Assembly: GCA_964631125.1 (NCBI GenBank) | Contig: CAZVYN010000003.1 | Coordinates: 19,060-83,059, forward strand | Source of the DNA: an uncultured bacterium | GTDB lineage: Bacteria; Eisenbacteria; RBG-16-71-46; CAIMUX01 | Direction: 5' to 3' | DNA: 64,000 nt | Shown here: positions 1-10,374 of the stretch, piece by piece | Layout: each line of letters starts with the position of its first letter | Numbering within the stretch: position 1 is the stretch's first letter | Program-made: the position numbers and the translations under genes | The notes under the pieces: model-generated | What the model saw: only the letters and a program-made list of their open reading frames with translations | Databases searched by the model: none | What the model was told of the DNA's origin: nothing

Positions 1-486
1 CAGCGGGTCGTCATCCTCAAGCCGGGCATCGATGATCGCTACGACGCCGACCACTTGGTTTCCCACAATCTCGTCAAGATCCCTTCGGTCCAAGTGCGCA
101 CGTCGCAGGAAGTGTTGGAGTTCGGGCGCGAGGCCGAGGTGGTCGGGATCGACGAGGTGCAGTTCCTCGACGACGGCATCGCCGACGTCTGCGAACGTCT
201 GGCGAACGAGGGACGCCGCGTCATCGTGGCGGGGCTCGATCAGGACTACCGCGCGCGGCCGTTCGAGCCGATCCCGTCGCTCCTGGCGCGCGCCGAGTAC
301 ATCACGAAGACGCTCGCCATCTGCGTGTCGTGCGGCGCGCCCGCGGGCCGGACGCAGCGGGTCGCGGCGCTGGGAGGCCGCATCCTGGTCGGATCGAGCG
401 ATGTCTACGAGGCGCGCTGCCGGCGCTGCTTCGAGCCGCCGCGCGACGAACCGACGGCGGCGGAGACGAAGGGAGAGGGGACGTGA
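1..486 (+). CDS. tdk: thymidine kinase (5' truncated by window edge)
   Basis: Frame open from base 1 (QRVVILKPGIDDRYD...); GIDEVQF, VIVAGLDQDYR, CxxC zinc motifs and YEARCRRCF typical of type II thymidine kinase. Confidence 0.95.
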   Translation, partial: QRVVILKPGIDDRYDADHLVSHNLVKIPSVQVRTSQEVLEFGREAEVVGIDEVQFLDDGIADVCERLANEGRRVIVAGLDQDYRARPFEPIPSLLARAEYITKTLAICVSCGAPAGRTQRVAALGGRILVGSSDVYEARCRRCFEPPRDEPTAAETKGEGT

Positions 487-1517
487 AGGGACGAAGCATG
501 GGCGGACGCAGCCTCGGAATGTACGGCGCCACCACCGCGCTCGCGCTCGCGATTGGTTGCAGCGGCGGTTCGAAGGAGGCGGCGAAGAGCGCCGACCAGT
601 TCGACGTCGGTCTCGTCTTCGATGTCGGCGGGCTGGGCGACAAGTCGTTCAACGACGCGGCGCATCGCGGGCTCGTGCGCGCCCGCGAGGAGCTGGGCAT
701 CGCCTTCGAGTACCGCGAACCGGGGGACGGAAGTGAGCGCGACGCGGCCCTCCGTCAGTTCGCCGCGGGGGAAACCGACTTGATCATCGGCGTCGGCTTC
801 CTCTTCAGCGACGACATCGACAAAGTCGCCGCCGAGTTCCCCGACAAGCACTTCGCCTGCGTCGACTACACCTGGCAAGAGGGCAAGGCGATTCCGCCGA
901 ACCTGGTCGGCCTCAAGTTCCGGGAAGAGGAAGGCTCCGCGCTGGCGGGTGCGCTCGCCGCGATGGTCAGCAAGACCGGTACGGTCGGCTTCGTCGGCGG
1001 CATGGACATCCCGCTCATCCACAAGTTCGAGGCGGGCTACAAGGCCGGCTTCGCGCGCACGCGAGCCGACGGCAAGGTGCTGACCAACTACGCCGGCGTG
1101 ACCGGCGAAGCCTTCGCCAACCCGGCGAAAGGGAAGGAGCTCGCGCTGGCCCAGATCGACCGCGGCGCCGATGTCATCTTCCACGCCTCGGGCTCGACCG
1201 GACTCGGCGTCTTCGAAGCCGCGCGCGCCCGCGACATCCTCGCCATCGGCGTCGACTCCGACCAACAGGCCGAAGCGCCAGGCCATATCCTGACCAGCAT
1301 GGTGAAGCAGGTCGACGTGGCCGTCTTCGAAGTGATCCGCGACGCGAACGCGGGCCAGTTCGCCGGCAGCGTGAAGATCCTCGGCCTGAAAGAAGGCGGC
1401 GTCGGCCTGATCGACGACGCCGGCAACGCGCAGTGGATCACCGCCGAGGTGCGTCAACGGCTGGGCGCGCTCCGCCAGGAGATCGTCAGCGGGCAATTCA
1501 TCGTCCCGTCGAAGTGA
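483..1517 (+). CDS. BMP-family nucleoside ABC transporter substrate-binding lipoprotein
   Basis: Lipobox LAIGC; GGLGDKSFND, FREEEGSALAG, GADVIFHASG, AIGVDSDQ motifs; start GTG 483 or ATG 498. Confidence 0.9.
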   Translation: MKGRSMGGRSLGMYGATTALALAIGCSGGSKEAAKSADQFDVGLVFDVGGLGDKSFNDAAHRGLVRAREELGIAFEYREPGDGSERDAALRQFAAGETDLIIGVGFLFSDDIDKVAAEFPDKHFACVDYTWQEGKAIPPNLVGLKFREEEGSALAGALAAMVSKTGTVGFVGGMDIPLIHKFEAGYKAGFARTRADGKVLTNYAGVTGEAFANPAKGKELALAQIDRGADVIFHASGSTGLGVFEAARARDILAIGVDSDQQAEAPGHILTSMVKQVDVAVFEVIRDANAGQFAGSVKILGLKEGGVGLIDDAGNAQWITAEVRQRLGALRQEIVSGQFIVPSK

Positions 1518-1524
1518 ACGCACG

Positions 1525-3048
1525 GTGAATCCCGCCGTTGAATTCATCGGGGTGACCAAGCGGTATCCCGGGCTCATCGCGAACGATTCGATCTCGTTTC
1601 CGGTCTTTCCAGGCGAGATCCACGCCATCGTCGGGGAGAACGGCGCGGGCAAGTCGACGCTGATGGGCATCCTCTCGGGCTTCGTCAAGCCGGACGAGGG
1701 GCGCGTGGCGGTCTTCGGACACACGTTGAAACCCGGCTCGCCGCGCGCGGCGTTGGAGGCAGGGATCGGACTCTGCGCGCAGCACTTTCATCTCGTGCCG
1801 ACTCTGACCGGGATGGAGAACATTCTCCTGGGCGCGCGCGGGCATCGCATGCTGACGCCGCTCTCGCACAAGGCGCAGGACAAGGTGCGCGAGCTGGCGC
1901 GTCGTTACGGCCTGAAGACCAAGCTCGAGGTGCCGGTCTCGGACCTCTCGATCGGCGAGGCGGAGCGGGTCGAGATCCTGAAGCTGCTCTACCGCGAGGC
2001 GAAGGTGCTCGTGCTCGACGAGCCGACCGCCGTGCTCGCGCCCAGTGAAGTCGAAGGCCTCTTCGAGGTACTGCGTCTCTTGCGCAAGGAAGGGAAGGCG
2101 ATCCTCTTCATCAGCCACAAGCTGCCGGAGGTGATGGCCCTGGCCGATCGCGTGACCGTGCTGCGCGGCGGGCGCGTGCAGGGCACCGTGCGGCCCGCCG
2201 AGATCGACACCAACATGCTCGTCTCGATGATTGTCGGGGGCGAGGCGCCCGGATCCTTGCCTTGGTTGCCGCGTGTGCCGGGCGAACCTGTGCTCGAAGT
2301 CGAGAAGCTCTCCGCTGGTCGCTCCGCTTCTTCGTTGCAGCGCGTCTCCTTCTCGGTGCGCGAGGGACAGATCGTCGGCATCGGCGGCGTCGAGGGGAAC
2401 GGCCAACGCGAGTTGGTGCAGGTGCTCTTGGGTTACATCAAGCGGGACGGCGGCGAGATCCGTTTCCTCGGCCGACCGGTGCATCCAGAGCGCACGCCGG
2501 CTTTCCGACGTCGCATCGGCGTGATTCCCGAGGATCGAAGGCGTGAGGGACTCTTGCCGTCGCGCACCTTGGTCGAGAACGCGGTGCTCGGATTCCACGA
2601 TCGGCCGCCCTATCGCAAGGGGCTCACGCTCGATCGCGGCGAGATGCGGAGTCTGGCCGCGCGGATCGTCGATACGTTCGATGTGCGGCCGCCCAGGCTC
2701 GATCTGCCGGCGCGCGCCTTCTCCGGCGGCAACCAGCAACGTTTCATCGCCGGGCGTGAGCTCTCCCGGCGGCCGCCGTTCCTCCTGGCGGTGCACCCGA
2801 CGCGCGGCGTCGATCTGCGCGCGACTCAGTTCCTCCATGGGCGACTGCTGGAGGAACGCGCCCGCGGCACCGCCATCCTCCTGGTCTCGGCCGACCTGAC
2901 CGAGTTACGCGCGCTGTCCGATCGCGTGCACATCCTCTATCGCGGCAAAGTGGCCTACCAGGCGGCGCGCGAAGAGATCGACGTCGAAGCGCTCAATCGC
3001 AGCCTGCTCGGCCTCGAGCTCGACCCGACGGCGCAGGCTGCGCGATGA
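1525..3048 (+). CDS. nucleoside/sugar ABC transporter ATP-binding protein (two NBDs)
   Basis: GENGAGKSTL, LDEPTAVL, ISHKL, SGGNQQ, PTRGVD. Confidence 0.92.
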   Translation: MNPAVEFIGVTKRYPGLIANDSISFPVFPGEIHAIVGENGAGKSTLMGILSGFVKPDEGRVAVFGHTLKPGSPRAALEAGIGLCAQHFHLVPTLTGMENILLGARGHRMLTPLSHKAQDKVRELARRYGLKTKLEVPVSDLSIGEAERVEILKLLYREAKVLVLDEPTAVLAPSEVEGLFEVLRLLRKEGKAILFISHKLPEVMALADRVTVLRGGRVQGTVRPAEIDTNMLVSMIVGGEAPGSLPWLPRVPGEPVLEVEKLSAGRSASSLQRVSFSVREGQIVGIGGVEGNGQRELVQVLLGYIKRDGGEIRFLGRPVHPERTPAFRRRIGVIPEDRRREGLLPSRTLVENAVLGFHDRPPYRKGLTLDRGEMRSLAARIVDTFDVRPPRLDLPARAFSGGNQQRFIAGRELSRRPPFLLAVHPTRGVDLRATQFLHGRLLEERARGTAILLVSADLTELRALSDRVHILYRGKVAYQAAREEIDVEALNRSLLGLELDPTAQAAR

Positions 3049-3058
3049 GTACTGCGAG

Positions 3059-4224
<1,166 letters not shown>

Positions 4225-4228
<4 letters not shown>

Positions 4229-5139
4229 TCGAGACGACGCTCGCCTTCGTCGCGCAGGTCTTGCGCATCAGCGCTCCGTATGGACTCGCCGCGGTCGGCG
4301 GCGTCTTCTCCGAGCGTGCGGGCGTGGTCAACATCGCGCTGGAAGGGATCCTGCTCTCGGGCGCGTTCGGCGCGGTCTATGGGACGCTCGCGTCCGGCAA
4401 TCCCTGGATCGGATTGTTGGTCGGCGTCGCGGCGGGACTCGCGGTCGCCGCGCTCCACGCCGCGGTCACCATCTTCGCGCGCGCCGATCAGATCCTCTCG
4501 GGACTGGCGATCAACCTGCTTGCCTTCGGCGGGACGCGCTGTCTGCTGGAGGCGATCTATCACAGCGCGAGCAACTCGCCGCGCATCGACGCTCTGGCGC
4601 CGCTGCCGATTCCGTTCCTCGCGTCGATCCCCGCACTCGGCGATCTGCTGACGTCGCCCCTCTTCCTGCTGGCCATCTTGGTCATCGTGCTGGCGCAGGG
4701 TCTCCTCTTCGGCACCGGCTTCGGACTCGCCCTGCGCGCCGCCGGCGACGGTCCGCGCGCGCTCGACGGCGCCGGGCTCTCGCTCACCGCGCTGCGCTGG
4801 AGCGGCGTGCTCCTCTCGGGCTTCTTCGCCGGGATGGCCGGCGTCTGGCTCGCCATGGAGCAACACAGTTTCACCGATGGGATGTCGGGCGGCCGCGGCT
4901 ATATCGCGCTCGCCGCCATGATCGTCGGCAAGTGGAGTCCCTTGGGGGCCGCACTCGCCTGCCTGCTCTTCGGCGCGGCCGAGACGCTCCAGATTCGCCT
5001 CCCCGACGGCCTCGTCCCCGCGCAGTTCCTCCAGATGATCCCGTACCTCGTCACATTGCTCGTCCTCGCCGGATGGATCGGCCGCGCGACCCCTCCCGCC
5101 AAACTCGGCGAGGCGTACGACCGGGAGGAGGCCGAGTAG
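4225..5139 (+). CDS. nucleoside ABC transporter permease
   Basis: SERAGVVNIALEG, GRGYIALAAMIVGKW, QMIPYLVTL; ATGA overlap with upstream gene. Confidence 0.9.
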
Positions 5140-6002
5140 TGCCGCGCGCCCCGCGCGGCGCCTCCGCCTCCGACCCCTGGCCGCCTCCCGCCCTGCTCGA
5201 GCGTTTGCGCTCCGAGACCCCCGAGCGCACCCCGACGCTCGGAATCGTCCTAGGCAGCGGCCTAGGCCTCCTCGCCGACGCCCTCGATCGCCCCATCGCC
5301 TTCTCCGCCGCCGATCTCCCCGGCTACCCCGTCAGCACCGTCCCCGGCCACGAAGGCCGTCTCATCTCGGGATTCCTCTCCGGCCGCGCCGTCTGGGTCG
5401 TGCAAGGCCGCGTCCACCTCTACGAAGGCCACACTGCGGAGATCGTGACCCGCCCCGTGCGCCTGCTCGCCGCGCTCGGAGTCGAGACGCTGATCCTGAC
5501 CAACGCCGCCGGCAGCCTCGACCCGTCGGCGCCTCCCGGCTCGATCTGCCTCGACGAAGACGCGCTGAATCTCTTCTGGCGTCCGCTCGCCACGCCCGCG
5601 CCGAACGCTCTCTACCAAGGCGGCCTCTGGTCGCGACGCGGTCCGTTGGTCGAGCCGTGGCTGGCGCAACTCGCCTTCGACGCAGCGGGGGAGTGCGGCG
5701 TCGAACTGCGCCGCGGCGTGCTCGGCGCCTCTTCCGGCCCGACCTACGAGACCGCCGCCGAGGTGCGCGCCTGGAGGTCACTTGGCGCCACCGTCGCATC
5801 GATGTCGACCGTCCCCGAGGCGCTCGTCGCGCGCGAGTTGGGACTGCGCCTGCTCATCTTCTCGCTCGTGACGAACCTCGGGACCGGACTCTCACCGACT
5901 CCGCTTTCGCACGACGAGGTGACGACCGCCGCGAACGAAGCGGGCGGCCGGCTGGGGCGACTCATCGCCGCGATTGTCGCCAAACTCCCCGGAAACCAAT
6001 GA
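5139..6002 (+). CDS. punA: purine-nucleoside phosphorylase
   Basis: GIVLGSGLG, STVPGHEG, QGRVHLYEG, LTNAAG, GPTYETAAE, MSTVPE, LSHDEV. Confidence 0.9.
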   Translation: MPRAPRGASASDPWPPPALLERLRSETPERTPTLGIVLGSGLGLLADALDRPIAFSAADLPGYPVSTVPGHEGRLISGFLSGRAVWVVQGRVHLYEGHTAEIVTRPVRLLAALGVETLILTNAAGSLDPSAPPGSICLDEDALNLFWRPLATPAPNALYQGGLWSRRGPLVEPWLAQLAFDAAGECGVELRRGVLGASSGPTYETAAEVRAWRSLGATVASMSTVPEALVARELGLRLLIFSLVTNLGTGLSPTPLSHDEVTTAANEAGGRLGRLIAAIVAKLPGNQ

Positions 6003-6041
6003 AAAAACAGAGGCGAGGTGGGCTCGCGCTCACCTCGCCTC
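6002..6041 (-). terminator. intrinsic terminator between convergent genes
   Basis: GAGGCGAGGTG/CACCTCGCCTC stem (6010-6041); A-run at 6002-6007 gives a U-tract on the minus strand. Confidence 0.75.
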
Positions 6042-6084
6042 GTCCTGTCGCCGCGTCGAGGAGTCGACGCGGATCAGACCTAGA

Positions 6085-8118
6085 TCACTGCAGACGCACG
6101 ACCTTCGAAGACGACTCGCCTTCGACCGTTTTGAGCACCGCGAAGTACATGCCGTTGGCGGTGGTGCGTCCCGCGTCGTCCAATCCGTCCCAGGCGACGA
6201 AGTGGCGGCCGGTCGGGAGCGAGCCGCCGACGAGCTGACGGACCTGACGGCCGCTCGCGTCGACGACCACGAGGGAGACCGGTGCGTTCGCGGCGTTGGG
6301 CGAGACCGCGAAGCGCAACTCGGCGCCGCGCGAGAACGGATTCGGCGACGCGCCGATGAGCCCGCTCACCTTCGCGGCGAGCACCTCGTCGGGCGCGTCA
6401 GTGGCGGGCGGCTCGAGCAGCCAATCGAGCACCTTCTCGATAAAGGTCTCGTTGTTGTTCGGGTCGGCGGCCACCGTGCTGAACGCGACCTGGTTGATCG
6501 TCGAGGTGACGACGCGGAAGCCGCCCGGCGCCTCGTGGCGAACCGCGGCCGGGTTGTTCGGCCCGATCTCCGAGGTCAGGATCGTGGCGGCGTTCGCGCC
6601 CGGGACCAGCCGGTCGACCCGGTTCGAACTGGGCGGGACCCACGTCAGCGAATGAACCATGCCGTTCGTGATCGGATCGCCGCCCACGCCCGTCGCGACC
6701 GACGCCAGCGTGTTGTTGGTGAACGACGCGATCCCGAGGTAGTTCTGCGTGAAGCTGTTCCCGGTCCCTTGACCGGTGAGCAGATCCATCGTCGCCAGGA
6801 ACAGACGACCGTCCTGATCGAGGTACGCCTCCAGGCCCGCCTTCTCGGTCGTGCTGAGGACGTTCCCGACGAATCCGCTCTGCCAGATGATGGCGTCGTA
6901 TCCGATCATCCCCGCGGCCGAGACGGTCCCGACGGCGACGTCATAGAGATATCCGAGCGCCGGCAGCGCGGACGTGAAGGCGGTCTCGGCGGACTGGTTG
7001 ACGTCGTCGTCGACCAACAAGATCGCCGGCGAACCGTTGAAGAGACGGAAGCTCGCCTGCTTCACCTCGGCCGTCGCCTGCGATTCGGCCAGGAACTGGA
7101 AGGCCGCCTGCTGGAGCGTCCCGTCGGTCGTGACGCGGATCGTCACGTCCTTGCTCTCGCCGACCGCCAGCGGAATGCTGGCCGTCGTGACGTAGCCGGC
7201 TTCGCCCTCGACCAAGACCTCGGCCGTCCACGGGAAACCGCCGGTCGCGAACGACAGGTCGATCACGTCGGCGTTCTCACCCGCGTTGAGGAGCTGGCCC
7301 TGGTAGAAGAACGTTCCGTTCCCGGCCGGCACCGATCCCAACTTGTCGGGGAAGTAGAGGGCGTGGAAGTAGCTGAAGTCGGACGTGAAGTCGCTCGCCT
7401 GCAAGACCGCTTCCGAGCCGCCGATGAACTCATAGATCGCGACCGGGTGGAGGTTCGCGACGTTCATGCCGGTGGTGTTGATCGTCTGCTCGACGGTGAC
7501 CTCTTGTCCGACCACGGTGAGCGAGACCGGCGTGCTGCGCACCATGCGGACCACGTGGTCCCAGTGGCTGACGCCGCCGTAGCCGCAGCACCAAGTGATG
7601 TCGTCTTCGACCAAGTAGAGCGTCGCCTGGTGCGCCGTGTAGCTCCCTGGCTCGGTCAGTTCGTACGTGGCCGAAACGGTGGCGTTGGGGCCGTCGAAGG
7701 TGAGCGAACCGGTGATCTTGATCGGGGAGAGTTCGCCCGCCGCCGCCAGGCTGGCGTCGATCGCCTCGGAGTACGCGACGGTCTGAGCGGGACACAGGTC
7801 CGCGCCGATGAACGCCTCGGTTCCGTCGATCATCGTGTGGGGGATGCCGTTCACCGCGAAGCGATCCGCGCGGAGTTCGGTTTCGGTGGTCTGGAACGGA
7901 TCGGTCCCGGAAACATGGTTCTCCAGGACGATCAGCTGGGATCCGTAACTCGTCTTGCAGCTAGCGGCCGCGCACCGCGCCCGCGGACAAAACGTTCACC
8001 ACGTCGCGCCGAAATCCTCCAAGAACACGACCTTCGGCACGGCGGAAACCGCCGGCGAGAAGACGCTCGCGGCCAAGGCCGTAGCGAGCGTGAGCGACCT
8101 GAGATCGAATCGGAACAT
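6085..8118 (-). CDS. putative secreted selenoprotein A: signal peptide, Omp28/thioredoxin-like UxxC domain, Ig-like and alpha/beta domains, C-terminal FlgD-Ig/T9SS-like domain (677 aa with Sec at codon 41)
   Basis: ATG 8118 (AAGGAG upstream) is in frame with the listed ORF 6085..7854; reads MFRFDLRSLTLATALAASVFSPAVSA-VPKVVFLEDFGATW-TGA(7998-7996)-TFCPRARC; C-terminus PNPF...VDASGRQVRQL...WDGLDDAG...GMYF...KVVRLQ. Confidence 0.8.
7964..7984 (-). promoter_or_regulatory. candidate bacterial SECIS element
   Basis: mRNA GCGG-GCGC-GGU-GCGC-GG-CCGC begins 11 nt after the in-frame UGA; apical loop GGU. Confidence 0.6.
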
Positions 8119-8140
8119 GCCTTCCATCTCCTTTGCAGTA

Positions 8141-8175
8141 ACGGTGACGGGAGCGCCGCGCGCTCCCGCCACCGT
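8141..8175 (-). other. strong intergenic RNA hairpin between the two paralogues
   Basis: Minus strand ACGGTGGCGGGAGCGC-GCG-GCGCTCCCGTCACCGT: 16-bp stem with one G-U pair (an A-C mismatch on the plus strand). Confidence 0.6.
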
Positions 8176-8200
8176 GGAATCGAACCGCCCCGGCTCTCTC

Positions 8201-10249
8201 TCAGCGGATCCGGATCATCTTCGTCGTCGACTCGCCGTCCGCCGTCCGCAGCCGTGCGAAGTACATCCCATTCGCGATGGCGCGACCGGAGTCGTCGAGT
8301 CCGTCCCAGTCGACCGCATGACGGCCGGCTTCCATCGAACCCTCCACCAAGCGACGCACCTGACGGCCCGCCGCATCGACGACGATGAGCGACAGGTCAG
8401 ACGCGGCCGACTTCGGTGAAACCGCGAAACGCAACTCGGTCGACGGGGAGAACGGATTCGGCCAGGCGCCGACCAGCCCGCTCTTCAAACCGGCGAGAAC
8501 GGCGGGCTCCACGTCGGTCGGATCCGACTCGAGCAGCCACTCGAGCGTCTTGCCCAGGAAGTGCTCGGCGTTGTTCGGATCGGGATCGACCGTGCTCAGG
8601 GCGTACAACGGAATCGTCGAGAAGGCCGAACGCGCGCCGGGCACGCCGACGATCTCACGCCGCACCATCGCCGGATTGCCGCCGATCTCCGAACGCAGCA
8701 CGACGAACGCTCCCGCCGCGGGAGTCAGGTTGTCGACGCGGTTGAACGACTCGCTCGCGAAGGTGCAGCTCAAGACCATGCCGTCCGAGATCGGGTCGCC
8801 GGCTTCCCCGGTTGCGGTGTGCGCCTTGGTATTGGCGACCCAACTGCTCACGCCCATGTAGTCAGACCAGAACGAACTCGGCGTGTTGGCATTGAGCGTT
8901 TCCATGCTGTTCAGGAAGACCGTTCCGCCCGACGCCAGATAGGCCCCGAGGTCGGCCTCGACCGCATCGTCCAGCAGATTGTTGGTGGCCTGACCCGTGT
9001 GGTAGACGACGCAGTCATACCCCAGCATGTTGGCGAGAATCGGCTCCTCGTTCGCGTGATCGATGCCCACGTTCCAATCGTCGAAGAGATAGCCCAACGA
9101 ATTCAGGCTGCTCTCGATGATCGCTTCTTGAGTCGCCGTCCCGTCGTCATCGACGAAGAAGATCGAGTGGGAGAGGTTGAAGATCCGGACGGAAGCCACC
9201 GCGGTCCGTTCACTCGTCTGTGAGTAGACGTTGAACGCGCCGTTGCGGATCTCCTTCACGCCGTCGGTCGTCGCGCGCACGGTGACGTCCCGCGTCTCGC
9301 CGTCGGCCAGCCCGATCGAGAGGTTCTCGTAGAAATTGGCGTCGCCTTCGACCTGGAACTCGAGGTCCCAACTGCCCGCGTCGCTCGCGGAGAGGTCGTA
9401 GGTGTCGGCCGCGCCGCTCACGTTTTCCAGGATGAACGAGAAGTCGACCGTCGAGTTGCCGGTCGGCGCCGAGCCGATGCGTCCCGGCGACGCCAGGACG
9501 AAGTCGATCACGCGCGGCACGTCGCCGGCCTGGACCACGGTCTTCTGACCGCCGATCTCTTCGAAGATCGCGGCCGCGCGCATGTTGTCCAGGTTCCAGT
9601 CGACTCCGACGGGAAACGTGCCGTCGACCGTCACCGATTCACCGACTGCGTCGACCGAGACCGTCTGCGTGGAGATGACTCGCGCGACGCCGTCCCAGTG
9701 ACTCACGCCGCCGTATCCGCAGCACCAGGTGATGTCGTCTTCGTAGAGGAAGAAGGTGACCTGGTGCGCATTGAACGCGCCCGGATCCAACTGTTCGACC
9801 GTGACCGACCAGCCGCCGCCCGTCTCGTCGGCGTTCCACGAACCGGTCACGTCGACCGCGCTGACGCCACCCGTTTCGGTCATTCGATTGTTGTACCGAG
9901 TGAGATAGCTCGCCTTCGCGCCAGCGCAGGAGCCGGCGCCGACGACGGCGTACTTCCCGTCGATCATGACGTGAGGAATACCGCCGACCGCGTAGCGGTC
10001 ACCGCGGAGTTCCGTCGCGGGGGTGGAGAAGGGATCGGTGCCGGAGACGTGGCACTCGAGGTGTTCGACGCGGATTCCGGGATCGTTGGCAAGATCAGCA
10101 ACGCCACACCTGGCGTTGGGGCAGAACGTTCACCACGTGGCGCCGAATTCCTCGATCCAGACCACCTTGGGCACACCGGCGAGAGCAGAGAACGACAGAC
10201 CGAGGATCATCCCCGCGGCCAGCGTCAAGTGGGTGAACGCACGCTTCAT
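8201..10249 (-). CDS. putative secreted selenoprotein B, paralogue of A (682 aa with Sec at codon 40)
   Basis: AGGAGG SD then ATG 10249, in frame with listed ORF 8201..9967; reads MKRAFTHLTLAAGMILGLSFSALA-GVPKVVWIEEFGATW-TGA(10132-10130)-TFCPNARC; same domain order; ends ...GMYFARL...KMIRIR. Confidence 0.83.
10099..10118 (-). promoter_or_regulatory. candidate bacterial SECIS element
   Basis: mRNA CAACGCCA-GGUG-UGGCGUUG, a perfect 8-bp stem starting 11 nt after the in-frame UGA. Confidence 0.75.
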
Positions 10250-10374
10250 GAAAGCGCCTCCTGGAATTCCTGGGTTGGATTGGAGCGGCTCGCGAGGCGA
10301 ATCGGGACATCCGATCGCCGCGGTAGGAGTATAGGCGCGCCGGGGAACCAGCCAAACCGGAAGGTTTCAGTCGG

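Noticed and set aside
5974..8388. 804-aa plus-strand ORF and similar long antisense ORFs (14413-17049, 50582-52981, 59874-62696, 35769-37700)
   Set aside because: Shadow frames of real genes in high-GC DNA; Arg-rich and without recognisable motifs
7996..10132. In-frame TGAs as pseudogene lesions or as genetic code 4/25 reassignment
   Set aside because: The same codon at the catalytic Cys position in two diverged paralogues, each with a downstream hairpin; TGA is the dominant stop elsewhere, Trp is TGG, and prfB is present
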